NCBI GenBank assembly: GCA_002753735.1 | Contig: PEAN01000009.1 | Span: 15,926 to 79,925, forward strand | Origin: Magnetococcales bacterium DCbin4 | GTDB lineage: Bacteria; Pseudomonadota; Magnetococcia; Magnetococcales; UBA8363 | Reading direction: 5' to 3' | DNA: 64,000 bases | Shown: positions 18,057 to 28,107 of the stretch, in pieces | Layout of the letters: each line of letters begins with the position of its first letter | Position numbering within the stretch: the first letter of the stretch is position 1 | Notes under the pieces: generated by a model | Seen by the model: only the letters and a program-made list of their open reading frames with translations | The model's database searches: none | What the model was told of the DNA's origin: nothing | Position numbers and translations under genes: made by a program

Positions 18057-18992
18057 TCAAGGTTCCATGGCCGTGGCCATCCACCGTTCCAGGTATTCGA
18101 CAATCAGGTTGCCATCCCGGGCTTCAAGGGAATGTCCCGACCCGGATTCGACGCGCTCCGCCCGTCGTCCCAGGGCCTGGACCCGGGTGAGATCCTGACT
18201 GTCGGAAGAAACAATGGGATCGATGGCGAGCAGGGGACCCGATTCCCGAACGATGGCAAGGTAATGTCCTTTTGGGTGTTCGGAATGGTTGAGCCAGAAC
18301 AACAGGTTGCCCGGTTCTTCAGGGGTCAGGTCGGCATACAGACCCCGGGAACGGTTCAAGGTTCCCATCCCTGCAAACGGGGCCATCAGCGCCATGGGGG
18401 TTTGCGCCATGAAACCGGCCAGTTTCGCCGATTCGGTCCCGCGATGGGGCGAGGCAATGGTGATCAATCCCTGAATGCCCGGGTTCGGGCGCCGGACCAT
18501 CGCCAGTCGCAAGGCGACGCCACCGGCGGAATGGCCTACGGCATAAAGAAGTGCCCGGGGGCGTTGCTGCGACAACTGGGAAATCATCCCCTCCAGGAGT
18601 TCCGCCTGGTATCCCAACGGTGCTTCCGAGGGAAGATCCGCCAGATAATATCTTTTGGGAACGTTGCCAGGGATGGCGTTCAAATGCAGCCGACCATCAA
18701 CTCCCGCCACAAACGTCCCACCCCGCTGCCATGCGTTGGCTTCCAAAATTCCGGTGATGCCGCTGTCACGCCAGCCGTCGGGATCGCTGACATAACCGTG
18801 AACCAGCAACAGTGTGGCCGGCGTCATCCCCGCGGCGCGTCCCTGAGCGGGGAGCACGGTGACCAGAAACGAAACGGTGAGCGTGAACATCATGCGCAGG
18901 ATCATCATGGCGTATCGGTGCCCGGGAAAAGGATCTGCAGAAGGTTTCACAAACATTACGCCGATGGCGGGTTTCTGGCAACCGGAATGCAT
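18057..18992 (-). CDS. Secreted alpha/beta-hydrolase (lipase/esterase-like)
   Basis: It has a GHSAGG nucleophile elbow (GxSxG) and an LLLVHGY oxyanion region. An internal MMILRMMFTLTVSFLVTVLPAQG looks like a signal peptide, so the true start may be downstream of 18992. Confidence 0.6.
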   Translation of the reverse strand: MHSGCQKPAIGVMFVKPSADPFPGHRYAMMILRMMFTLTVSFLVTVLPAQGRAAGMTPATLLLVHGYVSDPDGWRDSGITGILEANAWQRGGTFVAGVDGRLHLNAIPGNVPKRYYLADLPSEAPLGYQAELLEGMISQLSQQRPRALLYAVGHSAGGVALRLAMVRRPNPGIQGLITIASPHRGTESAKLAGFMAQTPMALMAPFAGMGTLNRSRGLYADLTPEEPGNLLFWLNHSEHPKGHYLAIVRESGPLLAIDPIVSSDSQDLTRVQALGRRAERVESGSGHSLEARDGNLIVEYLERWMATAMEP

Positions 18993-19072
18993 TTCGCCCC
19001 GGGTCTCGATTCTTTGGGGAATACAAGGCTTGGCCGGGTGGGTAAAAACGGATAAGATGGAAATGATGCTGG

Positions 19073-21127
19073 ATGAGTCAACGTCTTGTTGGAGCCGATG
19101 CCTCGATGGATAAATTGCTCAAGGTGGTCATTTTCAGTGGAGGTCGGGGCGCATCCAACATCATCCGGGCATTCCACGAATATGCCAGGATCGACCTGCT
19201 CATCCTGGTCAATGCCTATGACGATGGATTATCCACCGGTCGTCTGCGTGCCTTCATCCCCGGCATGTTGGGTCCGTCCGATGTGCGCAAGAACGTCATC
19301 AATCTGACCCGAACCCATGACCCTGGCGCTGCCGCTCTGAGAACCATTCTTGAACACCGGTTCCCCGACCTGACCTCCCGTGAACAGGCTTTGGTGTGTC
19401 TGAATGCACTCGTCAACCGGGAACGAGACCTCCCCTATCCCCCTTTGGCCGCCCCCTATCAGTCGATCAAGGTGCAACAGATCAACTGGATTTCCGATTA
19501 TCTCAGATGGTTTCTGGATTATGAACAAATCCAACGGCAACAGGGGGTGCTCTTCGACTATGGCGATACCTCGATCGGTAATCTTCTGTTTTCAGGATGT
19601 TTCCTGGCATGTGACCGGGACTTCAACCGCACGACCCGGGTGTTTCAGGACCGGTGCGAAATTTTTGGCCGGGTGCTCAATATCACCGATGGCAGCAATC
19701 AGGTCCTCGTCGGTTTCAAGGAAAATGGAACCTTTCTCCATAATGAAGCCGCCATCGTGGGGACCCATGCCGATAACGCAAAAATTGAAGATCTGTTCCT
19801 CCTGGCCGATTATCTGACCCCGGGAGAACGGACGCGATTCGATGCCCTTCCCGTTGCCGGGCGGCGGGAATTCCTCGCACAAAGACATATTGTCCCCAAC
19901 CCCAATCCCGAGGCGGTCCAGGCCCTGGAACAGGCCGACCTGATCATCTACGGCCCCGGAACTCAACATTCCTCCCTGTATCCCTCCTACATGGTGGCGG
20001 GGATTCCCGAAGCCGTCGAAGGCAACGAAAAGGCAGAAAAGGTATTCATCGGCAACATCACTGCCGATCATGACATTCCGGCGGCGACCGTGCAGGAATT
20101 GATCGAACGGTTTTTCCATTACATGTCGGCCAGGGGGACCCGCATCCCCAATCGTACCCGTTTGATCACCCGCGTGTTTGTCCAGGAATCGGAAAGCGAG
20201 CAGATCGAGCGCTCTTCAACCGCCTACCTGCCAATGAACATCAATGATCTGCATATCGATCCCAAAAGGGTGACCATCGGTGATTGGGAGGAATCGGCGG
20301 GGCGCCATTCGGGCGATCAGATCATTGCCGAATTGCTGACCCTGTTCAAACAACTCCATGAATTCACACTCCAACCACACCGTTTCCTGGTCTCCATCGT
20401 CGTTCCCGCCTTCAACGAGGTTCGGACCATTCGCCGGGTGTTGCAGGAGTTGATTCACCTGGATTTCTCTGCGCTGGGCGTGGGCAAGGAAATCATCGTC
20501 GTCGATGGCGGTTCCAGGGATGGGACGCTGAACGAGGCTTTGCAGGAACGGTTCGTCCGTTGTTTCCAGTTGAAGGGCGATCACTTTGGACGGGGCGCCG
20601 CATTGCGTCTGGGCGCTTCCAAGGCCAAGGGCAACATCATCGTTTTCTTTCCCGCTGATGGTGAGTATGTTGCCGCCGATATCTTGAAAATCGTCAGACC
20701 CATTGTGGAAAACCAGTTCCAGGTGGTGTTCGGCAGTCGGGCGATTAAATGCTTGAATGTTGATCCGGTCATCAAGAAAATCTACGGTGACAGAATATTC
20801 ATGTACCTTGTCAGCAAATATGGCGGGCTTGTCCTCAGTTTTCTGTCATTGTTGTTGTTCAACCGTTATCTTTCCGATCCCCTCTCCTCGCTCAAGGCGT
20901 TCGACGCAAAACTGTTGCATTCCCTGCAACTCGTCTCCAACGGCATGGATCTCGATCTTGAAATCATCGCCCGGGTCCATCAATCCAATACCTACATCCT
21001 CGAACTCCCGATCGATTATTCACCCCGTACCCTGGCGGAAGGGAAGAAATCGACCGTTTCCGGCGGTCTTCAAACCTTGTATCGCTTCATCGTCTGTAAA
21101 CTGTTCCCCCTGAAAATCAGTTCTTGA
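19073..21127 (+). CDS. Fusion protein: CofD/YvcK-like (UPF0052, 2-phospho-L-lactate transferase family) N-terminal domain plus a family 2 glycosyltransferase C-terminal domain
   Basis: VVIFSGGRGASN...LVNAYDDGLSTGRLR...GPSDVRKN...ADLIIYGPGTQHSSLYPS fits the CofD/YvcK pattern. From about nt 20385, VSIVVPAFNEVRTIRRVL...VVDGGSRDGT is the GT2 signature. Confidence 0.65.
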   Translation: MSQRLVGADASMDKLLKVVIFSGGRGASNIIRAFHEYARIDLLILVNAYDDGLSTGRLRAFIPGMLGPSDVRKNVINLTRTHDPGAAALRTILEHRFPDLTSREQALVCLNALVNRERDLPYPPLAAPYQSIKVQQINWISDYLRWFLDYEQIQRQQGVLFDYGDTSIGNLLFSGCFLACDRDFNRTTRVFQDRCEIFGRVLNITDGSNQVLVGFKENGTFLHNEAAIVGTHADNAKIEDLFLLADYLTPGERTRFDALPVAGRREFLAQRHIVPNPNPEAVQALEQADLIIYGPGTQHSSLYPSYMVAGIPEAVEGNEKAEKVFIGNITADHDIPAATVQELIERFFHYMSARGTRIPNRTRLITRVFVQESESEQIERSSTAYLPMNINDLHIDPKRVTIGDWEESAGRHSGDQIIAELLTLFKQLHEFTLQPHRFLVSIVVPAFNEVRTIRRVLQELIHLDFSALGVGKEIIVVDGGSRDGTLNEALQERFVRCFQLKGDHFGRGAALRLGASKAKGNIIVFFPADGEYVAADILKIVRPIVENQFQVVFGSRAIKCLNVDPVIKKIYGDRIFMYLVSKYGGLVLSFLSLLLFNRYLSDPLSSLKAFDAKLLHSLQLVSNGMDLDLEIIARVHQSNTYILELPIDYSPRTLAEGKKSTVSGGLQTLYRFIVCKLFPLKISS

Positions 21128-21140
21128 ATCGAATTCGGCC

Positions 21141-23186
21141 ATGCTTCGAATGCGGGTTGCACCATTATTGATTGTCCTTCTGGTCGCAGGTTTGGCGGTC
21201 CGCGGTTGGCTGATCATGGAGCCGCTCAACTCCGATCCCATTTCCTATCTCCTGGCCGGGGCTGGACGCTCTTTGAATCCCGATTTCCACCTGAGTTTGC
21301 ACCACCATTATTTGCGTCCTTTGATGACCTGGATCGTCATGTTGCCAGCCTGGTTTTTCGGTTATTCGCTGACAACGTTTTACAGCGCCGTGTTCATGGG
21401 TGCGCTGGTCTCGTGTCTTTCGTGGTGGCTGATTGCGACCGTGTTGTCAGGGACTCGGGCGGCCCTCCTGGTGACGGCCCTGTGGGCAACCAGTTATGCC
21501 AGTCTGTCGGCCGATCTGACCCTCGTTCCCGACAACTGGGGCATCAACATGGCCTTGTTGGGACTTGCAGCCATCATCATCGCCATCCGGGCTGGTGATT
21601 CCCTTCCGGAATCGGTGCAAACACCCCTCCGGTCCCATCCCAACTTTTTATTCTTCCTGGGTGGGATGTTGCTCTGGGCCGCCTGTGCCGCCAAGGAAAC
21701 CTTTATAATCTACGTCCTGGTCGCGGGCATGGTGCTCCTGTTGCAACCTGGTCGATGGCGGAGATCGGGGTGGGTGGCTCTGGGACTGGGGGTGGGTGAA
21801 GGGGTCGAATGGCTCTGGTTCTGGATGCAACTGGGGGATCCCTTTGCCCGTATTCACTATATGCGTGGCATCAATGCCGTGATCGACGGCGTCAATATCA
21901 AATTTGAACCTTTGGATCTTACTTCGTTCATCCTGCGGTTGCCGAAAGTCGTCCATTATACGCAATCGGCGGAATCGACATTGGCCCTGCTGTCATTCCT
22001 CGGGGTTTTCCTCTGGTTGCGGCAATGGAAGACCCCCATGGCTAAAATCAAGTTGCTTCTTTATGTCGTGCCACCCGCGTTTGTCATGTTCGCGGTCAAG
22101 GGGATTCATCCCATCCAACCTTATTTCGATGTGGTCCTGCGCTACCATGTCCCGTTTCTCCCCTTCATCTATCTGGCCATTGCCGATTTCTTTCTGTGGG
22201 CCAGGGAACGGTTGGGGCAAACCCATGGTCAGACCGTCCAACGTGCCGCAACTGCGATCATTGCCGTATCCGTTCTGGCCCTGACGCTTTGGAACCTGAT
22301 GGCCGCCGCGCATCACCTGCCACTGGTCAAAAAAAACGGATTCGATGCCAACACCCGGGTTCTGGCAGCGGTCAATGCGGATGTCCTGCGATCTGGAACC
22401 CCCAAAAAATTATATCTTGGCAGCGGCATGGAGAATATCGGTCCACTGTATTTCTCAGCGGAGGAGGGCTGGACCATGGCCACGGTGACCCATCTGGATG
22501 AAGCGCTTCCGAAGTTTCCCGAGGAGGGGTATTTCATCCTTTCCTGGCCGCGCGTCAACTCCGATGGCAATGAACGTCCTTTTGTCTTGACCCGATTGTT
22601 TCATGATTATCCTTTGGTGTTCCGTCATCTCAAGGATGAGCTGATGACTGACGTTTATCGGGTCGGTCCGAATAAAATCAATAGAAAATCAACTCCTTTC
22701 CCAGGATTGCAGAATAAACCCTGGACCCTGTTCGATGGCAATGGCCAGGGTTTGGGTCCGGTCATGCCAGGCGCCATGGCGTCTGCGGTCATCATTCCCA
22801 AGAACGGTGAGATGGTTCAGGAGGTCGCCCCTTCCGGGGAGGCGTCCATGGAGTCGATGCACCTGCCTGCTGGAACCTGGTTGAATCTTCGTTTTCACAC
22901 CCGGACCACGCAACCTTTTGCCATCCTCAAGGGGTATCTGGAGCATCAGGAGCGGGGACCGGTACCGGATCAATCCGCCCCAGAACCCATGGGGGTCATC
23001 TATTTCAAGCGGGTCGCCAATCTGGCGCAGGAAATTTCATGGGCAACCTTCATCGATCAGGACCTCCATCGTTACCGCATCATCATCAAGGGGGAGAAGG
23101 GGCCTGTTGAGATCGACCGCCTGGAAATGTTCCTGTTGCAGCCCGATCCCGCCGAACGGGCCGCCCCTTTCCCGAACGCCAAGTAG
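21141..23186 (+). CDS. Polytopic membrane protein, GT-C (ArnT/PMT-like) glycosyltransferase candidate with a C-terminal soluble domain
   Basis: 681 aa. More than 10 hydrophobic segments in the first ~400 aa are followed by a ~230-aa hydrophilic domain. A polyprenyl-phosphate-type GT2 lies in the same gene string. The call is by architecture only. Confidence 0.45.
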   Translation: MLRMRVAPLLIVLLVAGLAVRGWLIMEPLNSDPISYLLAGAGRSLNPDFHLSLHHHYLRPLMTWIVMLPAWFFGYSLTTFYSAVFMGALVSCLSWWLIATVLSGTRAALLVTALWATSYASLSADLTLVPDNWGINMALLGLAAIIIAIRAGDSLPESVQTPLRSHPNFLFFLGGMLLWAACAAKETFIIYVLVAGMVLLLQPGRWRRSGWVALGLGVGEGVEWLWFWMQLGDPFARIHYMRGINAVIDGVNIKFEPLDLTSFILRLPKVVHYTQSAESTLALLSFLGVFLWLRQWKTPMAKIKLLLYVVPPAFVMFAVKGIHPIQPYFDVVLRYHVPFLPFIYLAIADFFLWARERLGQTHGQTVQRAATAIIAVSVLALTLWNLMAAAHHLPLVKKNGFDANTRVLAAVNADVLRSGTPKKLYLGSGMENIGPLYFSAEEGWTMATVTHLDEALPKFPEEGYFILSWPRVNSDGNERPFVLTRLFHDYPLVFRHLKDELMTDVYRVGPNKINRKSTPFPGLQNKPWTLFDGNGQGLGPVMPGAMASAVIIPKNGEMVQEVAPSGEASMESMHLPAGTWLNLRFHTRTTQPFAILKGYLEHQERGPVPDQSAPEPMGVIYFKRVANLAQEISWATFIDQDLHRYRIIIKGEKGPVEIDRLEMFLLQPDPAERAAPFPNAK

Positions 23187-23192
23187 CGGGTC

Positions 23193-24698
23193 ATGCACAT
23201 CACCCTGATCAATCCCAACCTGGTCGTGCAGCGTAATGATCCCATGACGACCGGTATTGTCTACATGCCGGTCACCCTGGCATCTTTTGCGGGTGCCTTG
23301 CGCCGGGAACATCTTTCGGTCGCATTGATCGATGCCTTCGGTCTGGCGCCGCGTCAAGCCCGGTGTCGGGATAAATTCATGATCCTGGGATTGGATGCCG
23401 AACAGGTCGTTGCTCGCATCCCGGAGGATACCTGTGTGGTCTTCATCTTTGCCAATCAGGTGATCAATCATCTGTCGTTGTTGCACATCATCAAAGCAGT
23501 CAAGGAACGGTTCGCCACCATGAAGGTGGGAATTCTGGAAAATGCCCAGGCGGTGACCGCCTATGCCTTGAGTCCGGTGGCCGATGAATTGTTTGCCCAT
23601 GGCGCCGATTTCGCGGTCATCGGCGATTTGGAGGTGGCGGGACTCGGAATGGCGCAATGGTTCCTGGAAGGTCATCGTGACATCGATGCGGTTGACCCGG
23701 GTCCGGGCATCCTGACCCCCCGGTTTCGCAATCCGTCCCGGGGTGAAGTCGTCGATATCGATGATCTGGCGCCTCCCGCCTGGGATCTGTTCCCATTGGA
23801 ACAGTATTGGTCACTCAGATTCGCCCATGGTCCGCAGAGTACGCCACGTTATCTCCCCTTGATCACTTCTCGCGGTTGCCCCTATCCCTGTCGGTTTTGT
23901 GTTGCACCGACGACGACCGGGCGCCGTTGGCGTGGACGTGCAGCCAGGCAGGTGGTCGATGACATGGCTCGGGCCATCGACCAATTCCAGGTGCGTGAAT
24001 TCCACATTGAAGATCTCAATCCCACCATTTCTGATCGACGGATCCGGGAACTCTGTGAAGAAATCATTGGCAGGGGATTGGATCTGACCTGGAAAATCGT
24101 CGCCGGCACCAAGGTTGAATCGATCAAGGACGAAACCACGGTCCGCATGATGGCCCGGGCGGGTTGTCGTTACATTTCCATCTCGCCGGAAAGTGGTGCT
24201 CCCGAAATGCTCAAGGCGATGAACAAGCCGTTCAAGCTCAATCATGCCTTGGAGATCATCGGCCATATGAACCGGTACGGCATCCGCTCCCAGGCATGTT
24301 TTGTCCTTGGTTTCCCGGGAGAAGGGCCCGAAGAACGGCAAAAAACACGGCAACTGGTCCGAACGCTGACCCGGGCGGGGGTCGATGAAATCGCCGTGTT
24401 CATCATTACGCCGACCCCGGGTTCGGAACTGTTCTCCCGGGCCGTCGGCTTCACTTCGCTGTCCGACCTGAATTTCACTCCCGTCTGGCGTCCCGATTAT
24501 GCCGAACTCAGCCGGTTCAGAAAACGGTTGTATCTTTCCTTTCTTTTGTGGAAGACTTTCGATCATCCCTTGAAGATTGTCCGCCAGATCGTCAACTTCC
24601 TGCGCAGACGTTTCGAAACCAAGATGGAGATGGTTCCCTACCGGGCTTTGGTTTGGCAATGGATCGGTTGGACCCGGTGTTCCCGGGTGAAGGAATGA
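23193..24698 (+). CDS. B12-binding-domain radical SAM protein
   Basis: 501 aa. The CPYPCRFC (CxxxCxxC) cluster motif lies at about nt 23878-23901. It is preceded by a ~200-aa Rossmann-like N-terminal domain, as in class B radical SAM enzymes. Confidence 0.75.
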   Translation: MHITLINPNLVVQRNDPMTTGIVYMPVTLASFAGALRREHLSVALIDAFGLAPRQARCRDKFMILGLDAEQVVARIPEDTCVVFIFANQVINHLSLLHIIKAVKERFATMKVGILENAQAVTAYALSPVADELFAHGADFAVIGDLEVAGLGMAQWFLEGHRDIDAVDPGPGILTPRFRNPSRGEVVDIDDLAPPAWDLFPLEQYWSLRFAHGPQSTPRYLPLITSRGCPYPCRFCVAPTTTGRRWRGRAARQVVDDMARAIDQFQVREFHIEDLNPTISDRRIRELCEEIIGRGLDLTWKIVAGTKVESIKDETTVRMMARAGCRYISISPESGAPEMLKAMNKPFKLNHALEIIGHMNRYGIRSQACFVLGFPGEGPEERQKTRQLVRTLTRAGVDEIAVFIITPTPGSELFSRAVGFTSLSDLNFTPVWRPDYAELSRFRKRLYLSFLLWKTFDHPLKIVRQIVNFLRRRFETKMEMVPYRALVWQWIGWTRCSRVKE

Positions 24699-24791
24699 GT
24701 CCACCCAAGCCCCACCTTTGCGTGTCAACCGGTTAAGGGCTATTATCGTTATTTTTCTTGATCGTTTTGCAGATCGGTCACAACCGCTGGA

Positions 24792-25754
24792 ATGGACATG
24801 TCTCACACCCCCCCCGAGTCGGCCCGGTTTGCCTTCACCGAAAGGGTCAACTGCCCTGTATGCGGGCGGTTGGACTTTCAGATCCTTAAAAAATCATCCT
24901 ATGATGAAACCCTTGGCGAACATGAACTGCGCCGCATGTATTCTGCGTCGAGTGACACCCAATTGTTGGATCAACTGGTACGCTGCAAGGGGTGTGGTCT
25001 GGTATACCTCAATCCCAGGATTAAACAGGACATCATCCTGGAGGGGTATCGCAATGCCGAGGATCCGCTGTTCATCGCCCAGAATGAAGCCCGCATTCTG
25101 ACGTTTCGTCAGTGCCTGGAGGGGATCATGCGGAGGCATGGGGTCTCCCCCGGGACCCATCCGCGTGTCCTGGACATCGGGTGTGCGGGTGGGGCCTTTC
25201 CCAAGGCGGCAAGCGATCTGGGCTTTGAGGTTGTGGGGATTGAACCCAGTGCCTGGATGGCGACACGGGCACGGGCGCGTTATGATTTGGACATCCGCGC
25301 CGGTACCCTCGAGGAGGTCGATTTCAAGGGGGAACGGTTCGATATCATCACTTTGTGGGATGTCATTGAACACATGGCCGATCCCGCAACAGCCCTGCAA
25401 CGCATTCGTTCACTCCTGCACCCCCATGGTCTGTTGATCGTCAATTATCCCGACCATGAAAGCCTTGCCCGAAAAGGGTTGCGTTCACGCTGGCCGTTCT
25501 TTCTCAGTGTTCACCTGTATTATTTCTCCCCTGCAACCATCACCCGTTTGCTGAATCATCACGGTTTCCAGGTGCGGGAGACGCGTCCCCACTGGCAAAA
25601 GCTGCCGTTGGGATACGTCCTCAAACGGGCCTCCGCCCACCTCCCTTTTTTGGGGATGTTTGCGGCAATGTTGGAACACAGGAAAATGGGGATGCGTGCC
25701 GTCAGTTATAACATGGGACAGACCCTGGTGGTCGCCAGCCGGGAACACGGATGA
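24792..25754 (+). CDS. Class I SAM-dependent methyltransferase with an N-terminal Cys4 zinc ribbon
   Basis: CPVCG...CKGCG is followed by VLDIGCAGGAF (motif I) and DIITLWDVIEH. Confidence 0.75.
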   Translation: MDMSHTPPESARFAFTERVNCPVCGRLDFQILKKSSYDETLGEHELRRMYSASSDTQLLDQLVRCKGCGLVYLNPRIKQDIILEGYRNAEDPLFIAQNEARILTFRQCLEGIMRRHGVSPGTHPRVLDIGCAGGAFPKAASDLGFEVVGIEPSAWMATRARARYDLDIRAGTLEEVDFKGERFDIITLWDVIEHMADPATALQRIRSLLHPHGLLIVNYPDHESLARKGLRSRWPFFLSVHLYYFSPATITRLLNHHGFQVRETRPHWQKLPLGYVLKRASAHLPFLGMFAAMLEHRKMGMRAVSYNMGQTLVVASREHG

Positions 25755-26392
25755 TGCTCGCGGGTGCCGAGGCGGTCATTTTCGATATGGATGGCGTGTT
25801 GTGGCAGTCCGACCGGGTTCATGCCGAAGCCTATGCTCGGGTGCTGACCGAAAATCATTTGCCCGTTGTGGATTACGCAACCCTGGCGGGTCGAAGAACC
25901 GACCAGGTATTCCGCCAGATGCTGATGGCACGGGGGCGATTGGGTGATGAGGGGGAGGTCGCACGTTTGACCCGGCAGAAACAGGCACATGCCTTGAGGA
26001 TGCTTGCCGTTCATCCCCCCATTGATCCCGACGGGGTCGAGGTTGTTCGTACCCTGTCATGTCGGATGAAGGTTGCCCTGGCCAGTTCGGCGAGCAGTGC
26101 GGGAGTGGAACTGTTTTTGCGTACCAGTGGACTGGCGCAGGCTTTTTCCGTGGTCCTGAGTGGCGAAGATGTCCGTCAGGCCAAGCCTGATCCGGAAATC
26201 TATCTGCTGGCACTTGAAAAATTGGGTGTTGTGGCCGACAGGGCGGTGGTCATCGAGGATTCTTTGAATGGGATCGTGGCGGCCCGGCGGGCGGGAATTG
26301 CCGTCATCCTGAAAAAGGATTCGTCCCAACGGGATCTTTCGCAGTTCGGGGAGGTTCATGCGGTGATCGATCATTTGCGTGACCTGTTGTAG
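25751..26392 (+). CDS. HAD-superfamily hydrolase (beta-phosphoglucomutase-like subfamily)
   Basis: AVIFDMDGVL (DxDG motif I) and a VIEDSLNG motif. The start overlaps the upstream stop (ATGA). Confidence 0.8.
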   Translation: MMLAGAEAVIFDMDGVLWQSDRVHAEAYARVLTENHLPVVDYATLAGRRTDQVFRQMLMARGRLGDEGEVARLTRQKQAHALRMLAVHPPIDPDGVEVVRTLSCRMKVALASSASSAGVELFLRTSGLAQAFSVVLSGEDVRQAKPDPEIYLLALEKLGVVADRAVVIEDSLNGIVAARRAGIAVILKKDSSQRDLSQFGEVHAVIDHLRDLL

Positions 26393-26473
26393 TCATTCCA
26401 CGTTTGTCACATGACCCAGCCGGAGTTCGTGGTTTATGGTTTCCCGCGAGGGCGGAAACCCATTTTCTCTTGA

Positions 26474-27328
26474 ATGAACATCAACACGCCCCAGGGTTCA
26501 ATGGGTATACATCCGCATCCCGTTTTGTACATTGATGATATCCCGGAGGGGACCCCGTCACGTTCCGATTGGACGATCATCATCCCCGCCGCCGGAACCG
26601 GGTCCCGCCTGGGATACCACCAGCCTAAAATTCTTTATCCGCTCCTGGGCCGTCCCATCCTCGACTGGCTTTTGGATGCCCTTCAGGATGTGATGCACCG
26701 GGTGGTCCTGGTATTGTCACCCCATGCCCGGACACAGGTGGAACCCCAGTTTTTTTCCCGCATGGGCAGCCAGGGGAGGGTTGTCATCCAAACGGAACCC
26801 AGGGGGATGGCGGATGCAGTGTTGCAGGCCGAATCCGAGGTTCGGACACCCCATTGTCTGGTGGTCTGGGGCGATCAGGCGACATTGAGCCGGCGCACGA
26901 TCCGACGTTGCGCCCTGGCCCATGAACAGACGGGAACGCCAAACCTGACCTTGGCGACGATCATGAAGGAACAGCCCTACATCCATTTCCAGCGTGACGC
27001 CAATGGCAAAATCATCCGTGTCCAGCAGGCCCGGGAGGGCGAAATCAAGGAGCGGATCGGCGAAAATGATTGTGGTTTGTTTTTGTTTCATGCCCAGACC
27101 CTTTTTTCCACGCTTCATCATTGCAGGGATCATGGCTTGGCCCGTGGTTCCAATACCCGGGAATTCAACCTGTTGCAAACGCTTCCCCTGTTTGAACAAA
27201 AGGGGGGGGATGTCGTGACGGTCAGAATCAATGATGAACGGGAAACCATGGGGGTCAATACCCCGGAGGAGGCGAAGATTGTGGAAGAAATCTTGAAAAC
27301 GATGCGTTCCGCCGGAGTTCCCTCATGA
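26474..27328 (+). CDS. Sugar-phosphate nucleotidyltransferase-family protein
   Basis: [13 protein letters not shown]...[13 protein letters not shown] is the N-terminal signature of NTP-transferase (GlmU/RmlA/MobA-like) folds. Confidence 0.7.
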   Translation: MNINTPQGSMGIHPHPVLYIDDIPEGTPSRSDWTIIIPAAGTGSRLGYHQPKILYPLLGRPILDWLLDALQDVMHRVVLVLSPHARTQVEPQFFSRMGSQGRVVIQTEPRGMADAVLQAESEVRTPHCLVVWGDQATLSRRTIRRCALAHEQTGTPNLTLATIMKEQPYIHFQRDANGKIIRVQQAREGEIKERIGENDCGLFLFHAQTLFSTLHHCRDHGLARGSNTREFNLLQTLPLFEQKGGDVVTVRINDERETMGVNTPEEAKIVEEILKTMRSAGVPS

Positions 27329-28068
27329 AGGAAACCTCTTCGGGAAAAACGGTTTCCATCGTGATTCCCGCCTACAATGAGGAAGCCTTCATCGGGGAGT
27401 TGTTGCGCAAAATCGTTGAGGTCCCTCTGTCCGATATCGGTTTTACCGCCGAAATGATCGTCGTCGATGATGGATCGACCGATGGAACCGCCAACCGGGT
27501 GCGTGAATTCGATGGTGTCCGGTTGATTCAACAGCGTAATCAGGGCAAGGGGGCTGCGGTACAGCGTGGAATCGGCGAGGCTACGGGTGATTATGTCCTG
27601 GTGCAGGATGCCGATTTGGAATACGACCCCATGGATTATCCGGCGCTGCTTGCGGCACTCGATGGGCGGGAAGATGTGGCGGTCTATGGCAGCCGCATCC
27701 TGGGTCAGATCCGGGATCGTGGCATGCGCTGGCCTTTCCCCGGTCGGCACCCGCAACAGGGGGTGGGGCCTTGGGGGATGAATGTGCTGCTGGCACTCCT
27801 GACCTGGATCCTGTTCGGCCATTGGATCACCGATCTGCTGACGGCCTACAAGATCTATCCCACCCGTGTGCTGCGGACGCTGACGATCAAAACATGCGGC
27901 TTTGAAACCGATCATGAACTTTCGGCAAAATTGTTGCGTCGGGGGATCGTGATTCGGGAAATACCCATCGCCTACCAGCCGCGTGGCGTGGAAGAAGGTA
28001 AAAAAATCAGACCGGTTGATGGGTTGATCGCCTTGATGACCTTGTTGCGTTTCCGATGGTTTGACTGA
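27325..28068 (+). CDS. Family 2 glycosyltransferase, polyprenyl-phosphate sugar synthase-like (DPM1/ArnC-type)
   Basis: [11 protein letters not shown]...[10 protein letters not shown]...[10 protein letters not shown]. It is 247 aa with a C-terminal amphipathic or TM segment. Confidence 0.8.
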   Translation: MKETSSGKTVSIVIPAYNEEAFIGELLRKIVEVPLSDIGFTAEMIVVDDGSTDGTANRVREFDGVRLIQQRNQGKGAAVQRGIGEATGDYVLVQDADLEYDPMDYPALLAALDGREDVAVYGSRILGQIRDRGMRWPFPGRHPQQGVGPWGMNVLLALLTWILFGHWITDLLTAYKIYPTRVLRTLTIKTCGFETDHELSAKLLRRGIVIREIPIAYQPRGVEEGKKIRPVDGLIALMTLLRFRWFD

Positions 28069-28107
28069 TCTGTGAGGTTTCAAGGACTTGATGCCATGGG
28101 GTGAACC

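Noticed and set aside
18021-19055. 344-aa plus-strand ORF
   Set aside because: It is antisense to the alpha/beta-hydrolase ORF, which carries a GxSxG motif and a signal peptide. Its composition is typical of high-GC shadow frames.
23811-24806. 331-aa minus-strand ORF. Similar long antisense ORFs lie at 27130-28275, 29649-30632, 31383-32201, 49995-50852 and 51485-52357.
   Set aside because: Each is opposite a gene with clear family motifs, and none has motifs of its own.
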